From Bacillus subtilis subsp. subtilis str. 168 (GTDB lineage Bacteria; Bacillota; Bacilli; Bacillales; Bacillaceae), in contig NC_000964.3 in the NCBI RefSeq assembly GCF_000009045.1, forward strand, positions 2,160,001-2,192,000: a stretch of 32,000 nucleotides of DNA. Direction: 5' to 3'. The translations under genes and the position numbers were made by a program. The notes below the pieces were generated by a model. That model had not been told where the DNA came from, searched no databases, and saw only the letters and a program-made list of their open reading frames with translations. Shown piece after piece: positions 1-9,806 of the stretch. Positions within the stretch are counted from its first letter, which is position 1; each line of letters opens with the position of its first letter.

Positions 1-391
1 CGGTAAAAATGAAATCTGAATCCTTTAAAGGCTCCACTGTTGCTTTTTTGTATCCATTCCCTTTAGTTGAAAAGAAGTCATGGGATTTAGTCTTAGTGTT
101 CAAACCATTGATAACAATTGGATTAACATCCTCTTCTTCAAACCAATGATCAAAGCCCAGATTGTTTAAAGCTTTATTTGCGTTGTATCTGATGAATTTC
201 TTTACATCTGGAGCTAATCCAACCTGATCATAGACATCTTCTGTATACTCCAATTCATTTTCGTAAAGTTCCTGCAGTAAGTTTAAAGCCCATGCGTACA
301 GTTCTTTTTGCTTCTGTGGCGTTTGCTTCTTATAAATCTCTTGAGCTAACAATCCTACATATACGCCATGTATCGCTTCGTCTCTAATACC
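1..391 (-). CDS. nrdF: Ribonucleoside-diphosphate reductase beta subunit NrdF, exon 2 (partial, 3' end off left edge)
   Basis: Minus-strand translation [45 protein letters not shown]... is typical class Ib NrdF and continues exactly from exon 1; still open at base 1. Confidence 0.93.
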
Positions 392-1197
392 CTTAGTTCA
401 ACCGAGTTCGCTACTTTCGGTTCGTTGCTCTGTCGCAACCGCCTTACGTTACCGTAAGGAGCAGACTATATCATCATCCCTGTAGGATGCCTCCCGTTTC
501 GATTTAAGGGGTTCTCACCCACGCCAATAGCTTGCGCCCTACTCGTTTTGCGGAATTTCGCCGCCTATGCGATAGTCGTTGAACGTTCTATGCGATCCCA
601 TAAAGTCTTCCATCTTCTTTTATGTCGAATTAGACTAACGTAACGAGGATGAAGGCTGTATTTTTCACCAGCTTCAACATTGTTCATTCCAGCAATCAAA
701 TCATAGATTAAATTTGTTGCCTCCATATTAGTGAGCTTTGACATTGAATTACTTTCTCCAGGTTGTCCTGACATTAATCCAATTTTCATTGCATGTAGAG
801 TATTTTCTTTAGGTGTAACTATTTCTAAGTTCCGAACGTGGTTGTTTAGTTTATTTCCATCTATGTGGTTTACAAACATTCCTTTTGGTATATCATAAAT
901 AAAATATTTTGCGACTAACCTATGTACTAAATAGTTCTGTGTTCCTTTTTTCGGATGCGTGTATCCTATCATTTCATAGCCATGTGGAGTAATAAATGTC
1001 TTTCTTGGTTTCTTTAATTTTTTTGATATGATAACTCCCGTTTCCGTTATCCACCAAGGTGCTTCTTCGACTTCTTTCCTTATCATTTTCACCTCCTTTG
1101 GGTTCGCATAGCTTCGCTGCTGATTGTCCTAATAAGGATTTTCCAGCAATTAGAGAGGTTCACATTTGCCGTTGCCGACAAAAGGGACTATTAAATA
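392..1197 (-). other. Group I intron (about 806 nt) in nrdF
   Basis: Exon junction restores NLI|IRDEAIHG when 392-1197 is removed. 5' exon ends in T, intron ends in G, and the minus strand has group I core-like GUUCAACGACUAUC and GAUAUAGUCUGC segments. Confidence 0.92.
565..1092 (-). CDS. yosQ: HNH homing endonuclease encoded in the nrdF group I intron (YosQ-like)
   Basis: ORF 175 aa with HNH/NUMOD-type sequence VHRLVAKYF...[29 protein letters not shown], inside the intron. Confidence 0.9.
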
Positions 1198-1778
1198 ATC
1201 AGGTTAATGATCTCTCCACTTTGCATTAACTTTCCTTGTCCATAAAAATAAAGTGGGTAATAAAACCCTGAGTAGAAAAGAAAACTCTCCAGGAACACAG
1301 ATGCAACCATTCCTTTAAATAAAGAAATTTCATCGTTTTTCTTGATTGTTTTATAGACTGAAACAATTGTTCTAGCTTTCTTTTGAAGAAACCTATTGTT
1401 TTTCACCCATTCAAAGACTTCATTGATCTGCTCGGTTGGAGCCAATGTTAGAAAGATGTTGCTGTAAGACTTTGCATGAACAGCATTTTCCATCATGGCC
1501 ATGAAATTTAAAACTGCCTTTCTTTGATGTCCATCTACGTGTTCAGCCACGATCGGCATCCCCGTATTCCCCTGCTCTGTATCAAGAAGCGTAAGTCCGG
1601 CCAGTACCTTCATATAAGTGTCCTGCTCATTTTTTCCGAGGTACTTCCATGTGAGGAGATCGCCGTTTAAAGCAATCTCTTCCGGAAGCCAGAACTGTTT
1701 CACGTTTTGGTTATAGAACATTTGGGTAAAATCGTCTTCATGCTTTGACCAGTTTGCTGCGTCATAAATTTTTGTCAA
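1198..1778 (-). CDS. nrdF: NrdF exon 1
   Basis: TTG start preceded by AAAGGA; protein [35 protein letters not shown]... typical of Bacillus NrdF. Confidence 0.94.
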
Positions 1779-2107
1779 TTAATCATGTCCTTTCAATTGA
1801 AATATTTTTTTCCGAAAAAAATGCAGTGAATTTAAAAGCTGAATTGACAGACTCCTATATTACTGTCAAACATTCGAAAGGAATGAAAGACAGTGAATTT
1901 TTTAGATAACCTTATATCTTTGTTAGAGAGTACAGTCATTTCAACTGGATGGTTGTGTGATAGGCTTTTATCATGTTTAATCGAATATATTTTGAAGCTT
2001 ATATTTGGTTTACTTTGTAATGCTCTTATGAGAAAATTTAACAAAATTAAGTGCAAACGACGTCCGGGAGATCCTGTTAATTTTGAACCAAAACGTAAAC
2101 GTACCTA

Positions 2108-4642
2108 TTAAACTACACAGGACAAGCATCCCTCTTGGGTCGTATCTTTAGTTCTGGCATAATATAAAGTTTTAATTCCACGATGATGTGCGTAGAGGTC
2201 TATTCTATTTAGGTCTCTCGTCGTCATCGTATCCTTTAAGAACAACGTAAATGAAATCCCTTGGTCGACGTGCTGCTGAATTGTTGCAATAAGATCAACT
2301 ACCTTAAACATATCCATGTCGTATGCTTCCTTATAGAAGAACCAATTCTGAGCCGATAAACCTGGCATCGGATAATATGTCTTACTGTTTCCGTATGTAC
2401 GTTCCTCAATTCTCTCCATAATTGGCATTACACCTGCTGTAGATGATTGAACATATGAGATGCTTCCCGTAGGCGCAATAGCTTGTCTATAGGAATGATA
2501 AAGACCATATTTCATTACATCTTCTTTAAGCTTCATCCAATCTTGAATATTAGGAATATGTTGATCTCCAAATAGCTTTTTAACCTTTTCATACTGAGGG
2601 CTATAATCATTTGTTACGTACTTTTCGAAATACTCGCCTGATTTATAAGTCGAACCATCAAACTTGTAGTATGTCTCCCCTGTTTCTCGTGCAATTTCCA
2701 TAGAACGCTGCAGTGAGTAGAAGTTAACCATCATAAAGTATGTATTTGCAAAATCCTTAGCTTCTTCACTTTCATAAGCAATATTATTTTGAGCTAGAAA
2801 TCCATGGAGGTTCATCTGCCCTAGACCAATTGATCTCATTAATGTATTTGCTCTCGCAACTGCTGGAGCATTTACAATGTTTGTTTTCCTTGTGACAGTT
2901 GTCAGTGAGTCAATTGCTATTCTGACTGTTGAAGCAATTGATTGATTACTCATTACATTTACAATGTTCATTGAGCCAAGATTACATGAGATATCTAAGC
3001 CAATTTCATCCTCTTTATCGTAATCCGTATAAACTGATACTTGTGACGATTGAAGTACCTCTGAACAGTTACCAGTAACAATTCCATTGAAAATCAGAGA
3101 GTGATAGTCTTCTTGTGTTGTATCATAAACATCCTCAACACCATCTTCTTCAATACTAATAATTTCAGCTGTAAAATCATGCTTTGGCTTTCTTGACTTA
3201 GGTTGCAATGTCTCAGTTAACAAATTGAATTTATAAACATCGTATTCTTTCATTTCAACAATACTCATAAACAACTCTCTTGAGTTTCTATCTTGAATAC
3301 TGATTTTGTGTGTTGGTTTTACATTGTAAAGCTTAGAACCACCTTTTCCATCAGGAAGGAGTTCTTGTGAGCGCTTGTTGTTAGAATAAATCGTTGTATA
3401 AACACCCATGTTCAGTAACAGCTTCTGAACGTCCTGAAGGCTCTCATAGTGGATGGATGTTAACTCAATAGTTAATGCTTTGGCTTTATGATTTGCATTT
3501 ACACACCCATCAGTCTGGAATAAACCCGATAAATAAGCTGCTTGCGTTTCCTTATTAGCTTGAAAAATGAATTCTGGGACTCTTGTTTTTGTTTCTTTGT
3601 TCATACCGAACTTCTTCAAGATGTCAAATAAGACAGTACTATTCATGTAGAGCAAATCTTGTTTTTCTGGGTTGGCCATATTAAATGTTGGGAGAAGTGA
3701 TGTATTGTGCTTATAAGCACGATCAACCTTGTGTTTTTGAATAATACGGTGAACTGCATCAGTAACTTTCTGCTCAAGAACTTTTTTATTATCGTATAAA
3801 TAAATCTTGGCAGTTTTTTCAGTAATGGTTCCATCACCAGCTATAATGCCCATAATGTATGCAAGATCGGGTTCATGAATTTTCCCGTATGCTCCTTCAG
3901 CTGATTGGACTAATAATTTATCGCCTGTTTTCAGTTGATTCAATTGGAGCTTTTGAATTTCACCATCTCTTTTCACATAGAATTTGTGCCACTCAGTTGC
4001 CCTAATTTCATATCCTTGCTTCGTTTTGACTTTAAATATTTCCGCATCTTTTTTAGTCAGTTGCATTGGAATTGCATCTACAATTGTGGTACCTTTGCTA
4101 CCAACTGCAAAATCTTTTGTTCTATTATCAATGACCACTTTAAGATCATTCTGCTTTTTATAAAGATCGGCTGCTTTTTCATATCCATTCTCAGTTAAAA
4201 GAAGTGTTTCTCCAGTAACGCACAAATTTGAAAACTTCACTTTTGAAATATGTTCATTTGGATGCACTTTATTTACATTGTCAGCGAACATAATATACGG
4301 ATAGCCAGATTCGCTTCTTAGAATAGCCAATTGCTCCAACAACTTTCGAGCATTTCCCTTTGCTTTTCTAACTCTTGGATTTTCAACAAGCTCATCATAC
4401 ATTTCATTAATGTCTAGCTCATCTAGATACTGCCCATACTCCTTGTATACTGAATGCGGATAGAACATGTAATAATCCTTGTCTTCCCTTGCCAATTCAA
4501 TAAATTTGTCTGGAACAACTACGCCAATAGACAGTGTTTTAACTCGGACATCTTCATCAGCACTTATTTTTTTGGTATCCAGGAAGTCTGTAATGTCTGG
4601 ATGGAATACACTTAGATAAACTGCTCCTGATCCTTGTCTTTG
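2108..4642 (-). CDS. nrdE: Ribonucleoside-diphosphate reductase alpha subunit NrdE, exon 2 (contains an intein)
   Basis: QRQGSGAVYL...KFSNL and CSEVLQSSQVSVYTDYDKEDEIGLDISCNLGS...CLSCVV; 2535 nt in frame with exon 1. Confidence 0.95.
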   Translation of the reverse strand, partial: QRQGSGAVYLSVFHPDITDFLDTKKISADEDVRVKTLSIGVVVPDKFIELAREDKDYYMFYPHSVYKEYGQYLDELDINEMYDELVENPRVRKAKGNARKLLEQLAILRSESGYPYIMFADNVNKVHPNEHISKVKFSNLCVTGETLLLTENGYEKAADLYKKQNDLKVVIDNRTKDFAVGSKGTTIVDAIPMQLTKKDAEIFKVKTKQGYEIRATEWHKFYVKRDGEIQKLQLNQLKTGDKLLVQSAEGAYGKIHEPDLAYIMGIIAGDGTITEKTAKIYLYDNKKVLEQKVTDAVHRIIQKHKVDRAYKHNTSLLPTFNMANPEKQDLLYMNSTVLFDILKKFGMNKETKTRVPEFIFQANKETQAAYLSGLFQTDGCVNANHKAKALTIELTSIHYESLQDVQKLLLNMGVYTTIYSNNKRSQELLPDGKGGSKLYNVKPTHKISIQDRNSRELFMSIVEMKEYDVYKFNLLTETLQPKSRKPKHDFTAEIISIEEDGVEDVYDTTQEDYHSLIFNGIVTGNCSEVLQSSQVSVYTDYDKEDEIGLDISCNLGSMNIVNVMSNQSIASTVRIAIDSLTTVTRKTNIVNAPAVARANTLMRSIGLGQMNLHGFLAQNNIAYESEEAKDFANTYFMMVNFYSLQRSMEIARETGETYYKFDGSTYKSGEYFEKYVTNDYSPQYEKVKKLFGDQHIPNIQDWMKLKEDVMKYGLYHSYRQAIAPTGSISYVQSSTAGVMPIMERIEERTYGNSKTYYPMPGLSAQNWFFYKEAYDMDMFKVVDLIATIQQHVDQGISFTLFLKDTMTTRDLNRIDLYAHHRGIKTLYYARTKDTTQEGCLSCVV
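3068..4222 (-). other. 385-aa intein with LAGLIDADG homing endonuclease in NrdE
   Basis: Starts SNL|CVTGETLLLTENGYEKA, ends NGIVTGN|CSEVLQ; two LAGLIDADG-like motifs (LAYIMGIIAGDGTI, QAAYLSGLFQTDGCV); removal restores SNLCSEVLQ. Confidence 0.95.
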
Positions 4643-4894
4643 CAGACCATTCAAACGTGTTCGCTAAGCACGTCCCGCCATATGGCTGCTTCATGTTACC
4701 ATGAAGGTTAGACTATATCTTCACCCTCTAAGGGTGCCTCCTGTTTCGACTGCCAATAGCTTGCAGCCTACGCCTTTCGGCTAGTCGTTGCACGTTCAAG
4801 ACTTAGTCTTGCTTCGCTCATGATTGTCCCTGTAGGAGTTCCCATGAATTAAAGAGGTTTTCGATCACCATTGCTGATGAAAGGGGCCAAATCA
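4643..4894 (-). other. Small ORF-less group I intron (about 252 nt) in nrdE
   Basis: Exon 1 ends ATGGGT, intron begins TGATTTGGCCCC and ends ...GGTCTG before CAAAGACAAGG; core-like GUGCAACGACUAGCC and AAGAUAUAGUCUAACC; removal joins ADQMG|QRQGSG in frame. Confidence 0.92.
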
Positions 4895-5614
4895 ACCCAT
4901 TTGGTCGGCATATCTGAAGGCATTATCTAGAAGTTTCATAACACCTACGACACCTTTAGTCGCATTCTCTACGTCTTTAATCGCTTCACCTTTGGCTCTT
5001 AGTTTGTTTAGATTTAATGCTACTCCTCCACCTAGCTTAGAAAGCTGCATGGAAATATCAATAGCACGTGAAATATCATTCAAACTGTCGCCTACTTCAA
5101 GTAAGAAGCAGCTCACCATTTCACCTCTTCGCTTACGTCCAGCATTAAGGAAAGTAGGTGTTGCTGGCTGATACTCTTGTTTCATCATAGTATGTACTTC
5201 CTCAACAGCCTTCTCGTAATCGCCATCAGCGCAATATAAAGCCACAATTGAGACACGATCCTCATACCTTTCCAGGATCTTTGTTTTATCGTTTGTCTTC
5301 AATGCGTAGTCATTGTAGAACTTAAAGGCACTCATAAAAGAAGGGAATCTGAATTTGTAACTGTAAGCAATCTTATAGATTGATTTAATCTGTTCGAATG
5401 TATATTTGCTTAAGAATTCTTCCTCGTAATAATCATTTTTAATCAGATAGTCCAGCTTCTCTTTCAGATCATGGAAAAAGACTGTGTTTTGATTTATGTA
5501 ATCAACAAAGTAACTATGTACGGCCTCCTTATCCTTTTCAAATTGATACTTCCCATCTTTCTGGATCATGATTTCATTATTGAGCTTGATCCAATTTGGT
5601 ATTGTGTTTGTCAA
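4895..5614 (-). CDS. nrdE: NrdE exon 1
   Basis: TTG start (MTNTIPNWIKLNNEIMIQKDGKYQF) with AGGAGG 9 nt upstream; 240 codons up to the intron. Confidence 0.93.
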
Positions 5615-5972
5615 TAAGTTGTACCTCCTGAATGATTTTCTGTAGATCTTGTTTCGTTCCACTAAGTTCAAACTTTAATAACAATGGTGTGTGGAACTTA
5701 GCTGAAAGCTTGTCTCCAGCTAAACCATAGTTATCACCCCAAACCTTGTTACCACTAACAGCAACTCCTCTAATTTTATTTTTATTCTTATTGATAAAAC
5801 TCAAAGTCCTTTCAGGTACTTCCCCAAAGCCTATCGTATATGTAATATGTATGAATTCTTGATTGATGATCGTATCATCAGTTATTTCAATTGCCTCAAC
5901 GTCAAACTCTTGTTGCAGCGCTTTGACAAACCTTTTTACATTTCCTGTTTTACTCTCATATGTAATGATCAC
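5577..5972 (-). CDS. nrdI: Flavodoxin-like NrdI, ribonucleotide reductase stimulatory protein
   Basis: MIITYESKTGNVKRFVKALQQEF...VSGNKVWGDNYGLAGDKLS; sits directly upstream of and overlaps nrdE. Confidence 0.93.
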   Translation of the reverse strand: MIITYESKTGNVKRFVKALQQEFDVEAIEITDDTIINQEFIHITYTIGFGEVPERTLSFINKNKNKIRGVAVSGNKVWGDNYGLAGDKLSAKFHTPLLLKFELSGTKQDLQKIIQEVQLIDKHNTKLDQAQ

Positions 5973-6382
5973 TAATCGTTATAAGCCCCTGTAATTAATT
6001 TTGTAGTCACTGTTTCAGCTTCATTTTCAGCGTAATTGAATGCTTCTGATATCTCACGATTAATGTCGCCCATTTCCATGTAGCCCTGTGCCATACTTTC
6101 ATATAAGGAACTTTTCTTAACTGGAACGTAATCATCTAGATTCTTTTCTAATTCAACAAATTGATTTCCTTGTTGGTCAGTTGCAATAATCTCTCCTTTT
6201 AATACAGGGAAAGATTGCCCATCAGCTAAATGAATATGAGTGTTCTCAGTGGCTACTGTAAAGTTAATAATGTTCTTCTTTTTTACATATGGTTGAGTTG
6301 GATCAATACGTCTAGCTGCCCCCATTTTACATCTCCTTATTTTTTGTATTTTGAATAAAGCTGTGATTTTATCTAGATTCAA
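5972..6382 (-). CDS. Hypothetical phage protein (likely start at internal MGAARR)
   Basis: Open reading frame directly upstream of nrdI, no domain recognised. Confidence 0.75.
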   Translation of the reverse strand: MNLDKITALFKIQKIRRCKMGAARRIDPTQPYVKKKNIINFTVATENTHIHLADGQSFPVLKGEIIATDQQGNQFVELEKNLDDYVPVKKSSLYESMAQGYMEMGDINREISEAFNYAENEAETVTTKLITGAYND

Positions 6383-6412
6383 GCAGTACCTATTCGTCCT
6401 CCTTAGGAATTG

Positions 6413-6613
6413 TCACTCTTCTTCGATCGTCCATCCGTTTAATCTTGCGTACTTTAATTTTCTTGAATATCTACGCTTCCACTCGTCCCAGTCCTTCTTC
6501 TCTTGACCTGACGTTAGTGAGCCTCTGTACTGATTTTGTCTTCTTTTCTTGTCTAGCTCTAGTATATCGCCAACCCATCTAGGAACTGACGGCCTATAAT
6601 TACTTTGCGACAT
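6413..6613 (-). CDS. Hypothetical small protein, basic
   Basis: 66-aa ORF in the minus-strand operon. Confidence 0.7.
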   Translation of the reverse strand: MSQSNYRPSVPRWVGDILELDKKRRQNQYRGSLTSGQEKKDWDEWKRRYSRKLKYARLNGWTIEEE

Positions 6614-6657
6614 CTATTCGTCCTCCAATTGTTTCTGTATAAATTTCATTGTGTCTT

Positions 6658-6852
6658 CTATTGTTTCGGCCACCCTTCTCCAAGGAGTTTTTTAGCCTCT
6701 TCAACATCTGTGAATCTTTCAATCTTGTGTCTATAATCATCGATCCACCGGTAAACACATACTGCATTTTCTTCAACTTTCATGACGGTGTACTGCTGCA
6801 TAGGATCTTCTAGAAGATGAAGTTTCTGATCTTTATAAAACCCTTGAATCAT
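6658..6852 (-). CDS. Hypothetical small protein
   Basis: 64-aa ORF preceded by AGAGGAGG. Confidence 0.75.
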   Translation of the reverse strand: MIQGFYKDQKLHLLEDPMQQYTVMKVEENAVCVYRWIDDYRHKIERFTDVEEAKKLLGEGWPKQ

Positions 6853-6872
6853 ATAATATCCTCCTCTTATTT

Positions 6873-7013
6873 TTATTGAATTTCTCTTACTTCATGCGGT
6901 ACTCCGCTTTCTTCTTGAGCATATACTGCATCATTATGAGCCTCAATTGCATCATCATAAGTATTAACAAGTGATCCCATACAATAAAGTCCATATTTCA
7001 TTTTCATCTTCAT
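6873..7013 (-). CDS. Hypothetical 46-aa protein (not in ORF track)
   Basis: MKMKMKYGLYCMGSLVNTYDDAIEAHNDAVYAQEESGVPHEVREIQ, preceded by AAGAGG and filling an otherwise empty gap. Confidence 0.65.
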   Translation of the reverse strand: MKMKMKYGLYCMGSLVNTYDDAIEAHNDAVYAQEESGVPHEVREIQ

Positions 7014-7038
7014 CATCCTCTTAATTTATTTTTATTCT

Positions 7039-7509
7039 TTAAAGTAAACTGCCATCAATAAGCAATACCATCTCTTCGTCATTAGAAATCTCCTCAAGAA
7101 CCTGTTTAAACGGCATGAGCTCTTTATCTTCTCCTGGCGCCCTTCCATGTTGTATCGCCGCATAAACTTGCCCAACTTCTGTCATTTCATCACTTAACTC
7201 TCCATCATCATCATCTGTAACAGTATCTGTATACAGTTCCATTGCCTTTTCTTTTGTATAAGCCTTAATCAATGCATAATAGGGGTCAAACACTTCAAAA
7301 TACTTCATAATGGGTTTTTCAACTTCCAATTCCTCAACGTAATCGCCTTTAATTTTCACATCATCAACTCCGTTTTCGAGCAAATGATCTACCATATCCT
7401 TGCCTAGTTGTTCTAACGCTGCTCCTTGAACAGATGGACTTTCGTCATTAAATCCTTCATGAGCGTAACAAGTTGCTTTTATTTCAAAAACTGCTGCTTT
7501 AATTCCCAT
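7039..7509 (-). CDS. Hypothetical protein, acidic
   Basis: 156-aa ORF preceded by AAAAGGAG. Confidence 0.75.
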   Translation of the reverse strand: MGIKAAVFEIKATCYAHEGFNDESPSVQGAALEQLGKDMVDHLLENGVDDVKIKGDYVEELEVEKPIMKYFEVFDPYYALIKAYTKEKAMELYTDTVTDDDDGELSDEMTEVGQVYAAIQHGRAPGEDKELMPFKQVLEEISNDEEMVLLIDGSLL

Positions 7510-7569
7510 AGCACAATGCTCCTTTTAATATTTATTTTTTAGATTTAGAATCCACTAATCTCTTTAAAA

Positions 7570-7932
7570 TCATCCTTTTATGGAGAACGAATGAATACCA
7601 GGTACACCCACAACGCTCTGGAATGGATTGAGCACATTAAATTCTATTTCTACCGCCAAATCTCTGTCTGAGTTCATTTGAATTCTTTCGATTTTCACAT
7701 TAACTTCGCTTGTTTCATCTTCTAGACTAGTCATTTTCATTTTATAAGTGCCCTTAGATACACCGCCTAGTTCAACCCATTTATAAACCAATAAATCATT
7801 ACTAATCCTTACTGTGATTTTATCTTCGTTTTCAGTTGCCTCTACATTTTTGTAATGAAGAACCATTCTTGTTTCATTTGGTAAATGTTTATTCAGTGTT
7901 TCTTCATATACGGCAATTTCTTTTAAGATCAT
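7570..7932 (-). CDS. Hypothetical protein
   Basis: 120-aa ORF preceded by AAGGAG. Confidence 0.75.
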   Translation of the reverse strand: MILKEIAVYEETLNKHLPNETRMVLHYKNVEATENEDKITVRISNDLLVYKWVELGGVSKGTYKMKMTSLEDETSEVNVKIERIQMNSDRDLAVEIEFNVLNPFQSVVGVPGIHSFSIKG

Positions 7933-7974
7933 ATCTAACTCTCCTTTTGAAAATTTCGGCTTAAAATAAAACTT

Positions 7975-8100
7975 TTATTTAGACTTATTGTCGTTTTGCA
8001 AAATGGTGTCAGCAGCTAAAGATGTAGCTTTCATTTCGCCGACAATTTTACCAGTTGATTTCTTTTTGAAAATAATCTTTGCAGCATTATCATCACTCAT
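7975..8100 (-). CDS. Hypothetical 41-aa protein (not in ORF track)
   Basis: MSDDNAAKIIFKKKSTGKIVGEMKATSLAADTILQNDNKSK, fills the gap between flanking genes. Confidence 0.55.
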   Translation of the reverse strand: MSDDNAAKIIFKKKSTGKIVGEMKATSLAADTILQNDNKSK

Positions 8101-8113
8101 CTTGAGTGCCTCC

Positions 8114-8461
8114 TTAGATAAACAATGTGCTAACATATAGAACAATCAATGCGAAAGTTGAATGAAATAAAGACTTACCGGCTTTCTTGAAAATGTTCTC
8201 ATCTTTTTCCTGATCTGACCGTTTTACACCTTTGACAAATACATTGAGTAAAACACCAATAACAAATGCATGAGGTAAAGTGACATGGACATTTTGAATA
8301 TTGTATGTATCAATAAGCAAAGGATTTAACACATGATTCAATCCGTAATAAACAATTAGTGACATAGTCAACGCTTCAACAAAAATAAGTAATCCAACTA
8401 CAATTAACGAACCTGACCCCATAAAGAATCCGCTCCAAATATCTTTTGTATCCTTATTCAA
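8114..8461 (-). CDS. Predicted membrane protein
   Basis: 115-aa ORF with three hydrophobic segments. Confidence 0.75.
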   Translation of the reverse strand: MNKDTKDIWSGFFMGSGSLIVVGLLIFVEALTMSLIVYYGLNHVLNPLLIDTYNIQNVHVTLPHAFVIGVLLNVFVKGVKRSDQEKDENIFKKAGKSLFHSTFALIVLYVSTLFI

Positions 8462-8475
8462 TAAATATCTCTCCT

Positions 8476-8871
8476 TTAGTCTTTTTTAGTTAGCCTCTGC
8501 CACCAGGAAGTTTTTATCTGTCTTTGATTTTGAGTATCATTGTTTTTTGCTTTCTTATTATTGTGTTCTTCGCATTCCTTCAAGCTTTTTTCATCTATAA
8601 TTGTCTTAATAACTCTGTCTGTTTGATATGTCCACTCGTTATGTATGTTTCGCTGCCTGTCAGTCACTATGACATATTCATTAAGTCCAGGGATATAAAC
8701 TTTACCTCCAATTTCTATAGGCTCAATATCTATATAGCCCTCGAAGATTGGTTCAGTACGAGTTACCTTACACACTGGCTGAGTAATCCACCTCTCTGTG
8801 CCTGGGGCACGGTGTGAGTAATACCTTTCTTTCATAACCAATCCTTCAATCGTTGCTTTATGGCGTCCCAC
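8476..8871 (-). CDS. Hypothetical protein
   Basis: 131-aa ORF in operon order. Confidence 0.75.
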   Translation of the reverse strand: MGRHKATIEGLVMKERYYSHRAPGTERWITQPVCKVTRTEPIFEGYIDIEPIEIGGKVYIPGLNEYVIVTDRQRNIHNEWTYQTDRVIKTIIDEKSLKECEEHNNKKAKNNDTQNQRQIKTSWWQRLTKKD

Positions 8872-8909
8872 TTATTCACCTCCTTATAAGTCTCTTTAAA
8901 AATTGAATT

Positions 8910-9380
8910 TTAATCTAAATGCTCCATTACAATTTTTAGATAATCTTTATAGTCAGTAGCAACCACACTGTCTCCATTAACAAGCTGTTCAGTTTTAACT
9001 CCAAAGAACCACCTGTCACCTATCCATTGACGACCAGTCATGTTGTTTAACCCCAGCTCATCATGAGACCTAAATGGATACACTTCTTCAATTTGCTCAA
9101 TCATAGCTTTTATTTCTTTAAAGTATTTAGATCGTTTTTTGAAAGCATAGAATCCGTCTACTTGATTTTTAACAATGTCATTTTTAAATATTTCATACGC
9201 TTCTGTTCCTTCGTAGACTCCAAAGTACTCAGAGTGATAAAACGAGAAGCCTTCCTTGACTCCATACTTTTCTTCGAATTTATCAAAGAAAGAGTTTATA
9301 TCCTCTTTGCGTTTCTTCTCAGATTTATACCAGTCACTTTCCTGTTTAACTTCGTAAATCGGTGCATCTAAGGTTTGCAT
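8910..9380 (-). CDS. Hypothetical protein, start trimmed to MQTLDAPIYEVK
   Basis: ORF track gives 8910-9452, but AGGGGAG sits 8 nt before the internal ATG at 9380, giving 156 aa. Confidence 0.7.
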   Translation of the reverse strand: MQTLDAPIYEVKQESDWYKSEKKRKEDINSFFDKFEEKYGVKEGFSFYHSEYFGVYEGTEAYEIFKNDIVKNQVDGFYAFKKRSKYFKEIKAMIEQIEEVYPFRSHDELGLNNMTGRQWIGDRWFFGVKTEQLVNGDSVVATDYKDYLKIVMEHLD

Positions 9381-9496
9381 ACTCTCATCTCCCCTAATAT
9401 TTCTTTCTGCTTGTTTTAATTTGTCGTATACTGCGCTTGCCCGGGAAATCATTAGTATTTCCTTTGATCATATTTCCCCATCTATATCTTTCCTTT

Positions 9497-9676
9497 TTAT
9501 AGATCCACCAACATCAGACCGTCTAGTCCATATACCTTGTCTCTTTCAGTTAACTTTCCGTTTTTTCTCATTGTCTTCAATGCATTTTCTGCTTGTTTAA
9601 GATTTGAGTAAATATGTGGGTGGTAACCATAGAGATATTTCCCTTCACTCTTTGCAGCAATTACAAACATGTTCAT
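9497..9676 (-). CDS. Hypothetical 59-aa protein (not in ORF track)
   Basis: MNMFVIAAKSEGKYLYGYHPHIYSNLKQAENALKTMRKNGKLTERDKVYGLDGLMLVDL, preceded by AAGGAGAG. Confidence 0.7.
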   Translation of the reverse strand: MNMFVIAAKSEGKYLYGYHPHIYSNLKQAENALKTMRKNGKLTERDKVYGLDGLMLVDL

Positions 9677-9806
9677 TCATCAACTCTCCTTATTCAACTC
9701 TTAAATTTAGACAAAGTCTTCATTTTTTCTTTTTTAGACTGAAATCTATGTCGAATTTTTAACCTTTGCCATACCATATACTATCCTTACTAAAGGAGGT
9801 GGCAAT

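Noticed and set aside
1832-2111. Short overlapping ORFs on both strands between nrdE and nrdF (74 aa minus, 72 aa plus)
   Set aside because: No RBS with good start, low-complexity composition, and they overlap each other; treated as non-coding spacer.
3643-4198. ORFs inside the intein region (64 aa minus, 87 aa plus)
   Set aside because: Alternate frames of the intein coding sequence; no independent support.
5615-5671. N-terminal extension MNLVERNKIYRKSFRRYNLL of NrdE in the ORF track
   Set aside because: AGGAGG and TTG at 5614 give the expected NrdE N-terminus; the extension lies within the RBS and the nrdI coding sequence.
9381-9452. N-terminal extension of the 8910-9452 ORF
   Set aside because: The internal ATG at 9380 has a well-placed AGGGGAG; the upstream start has none.
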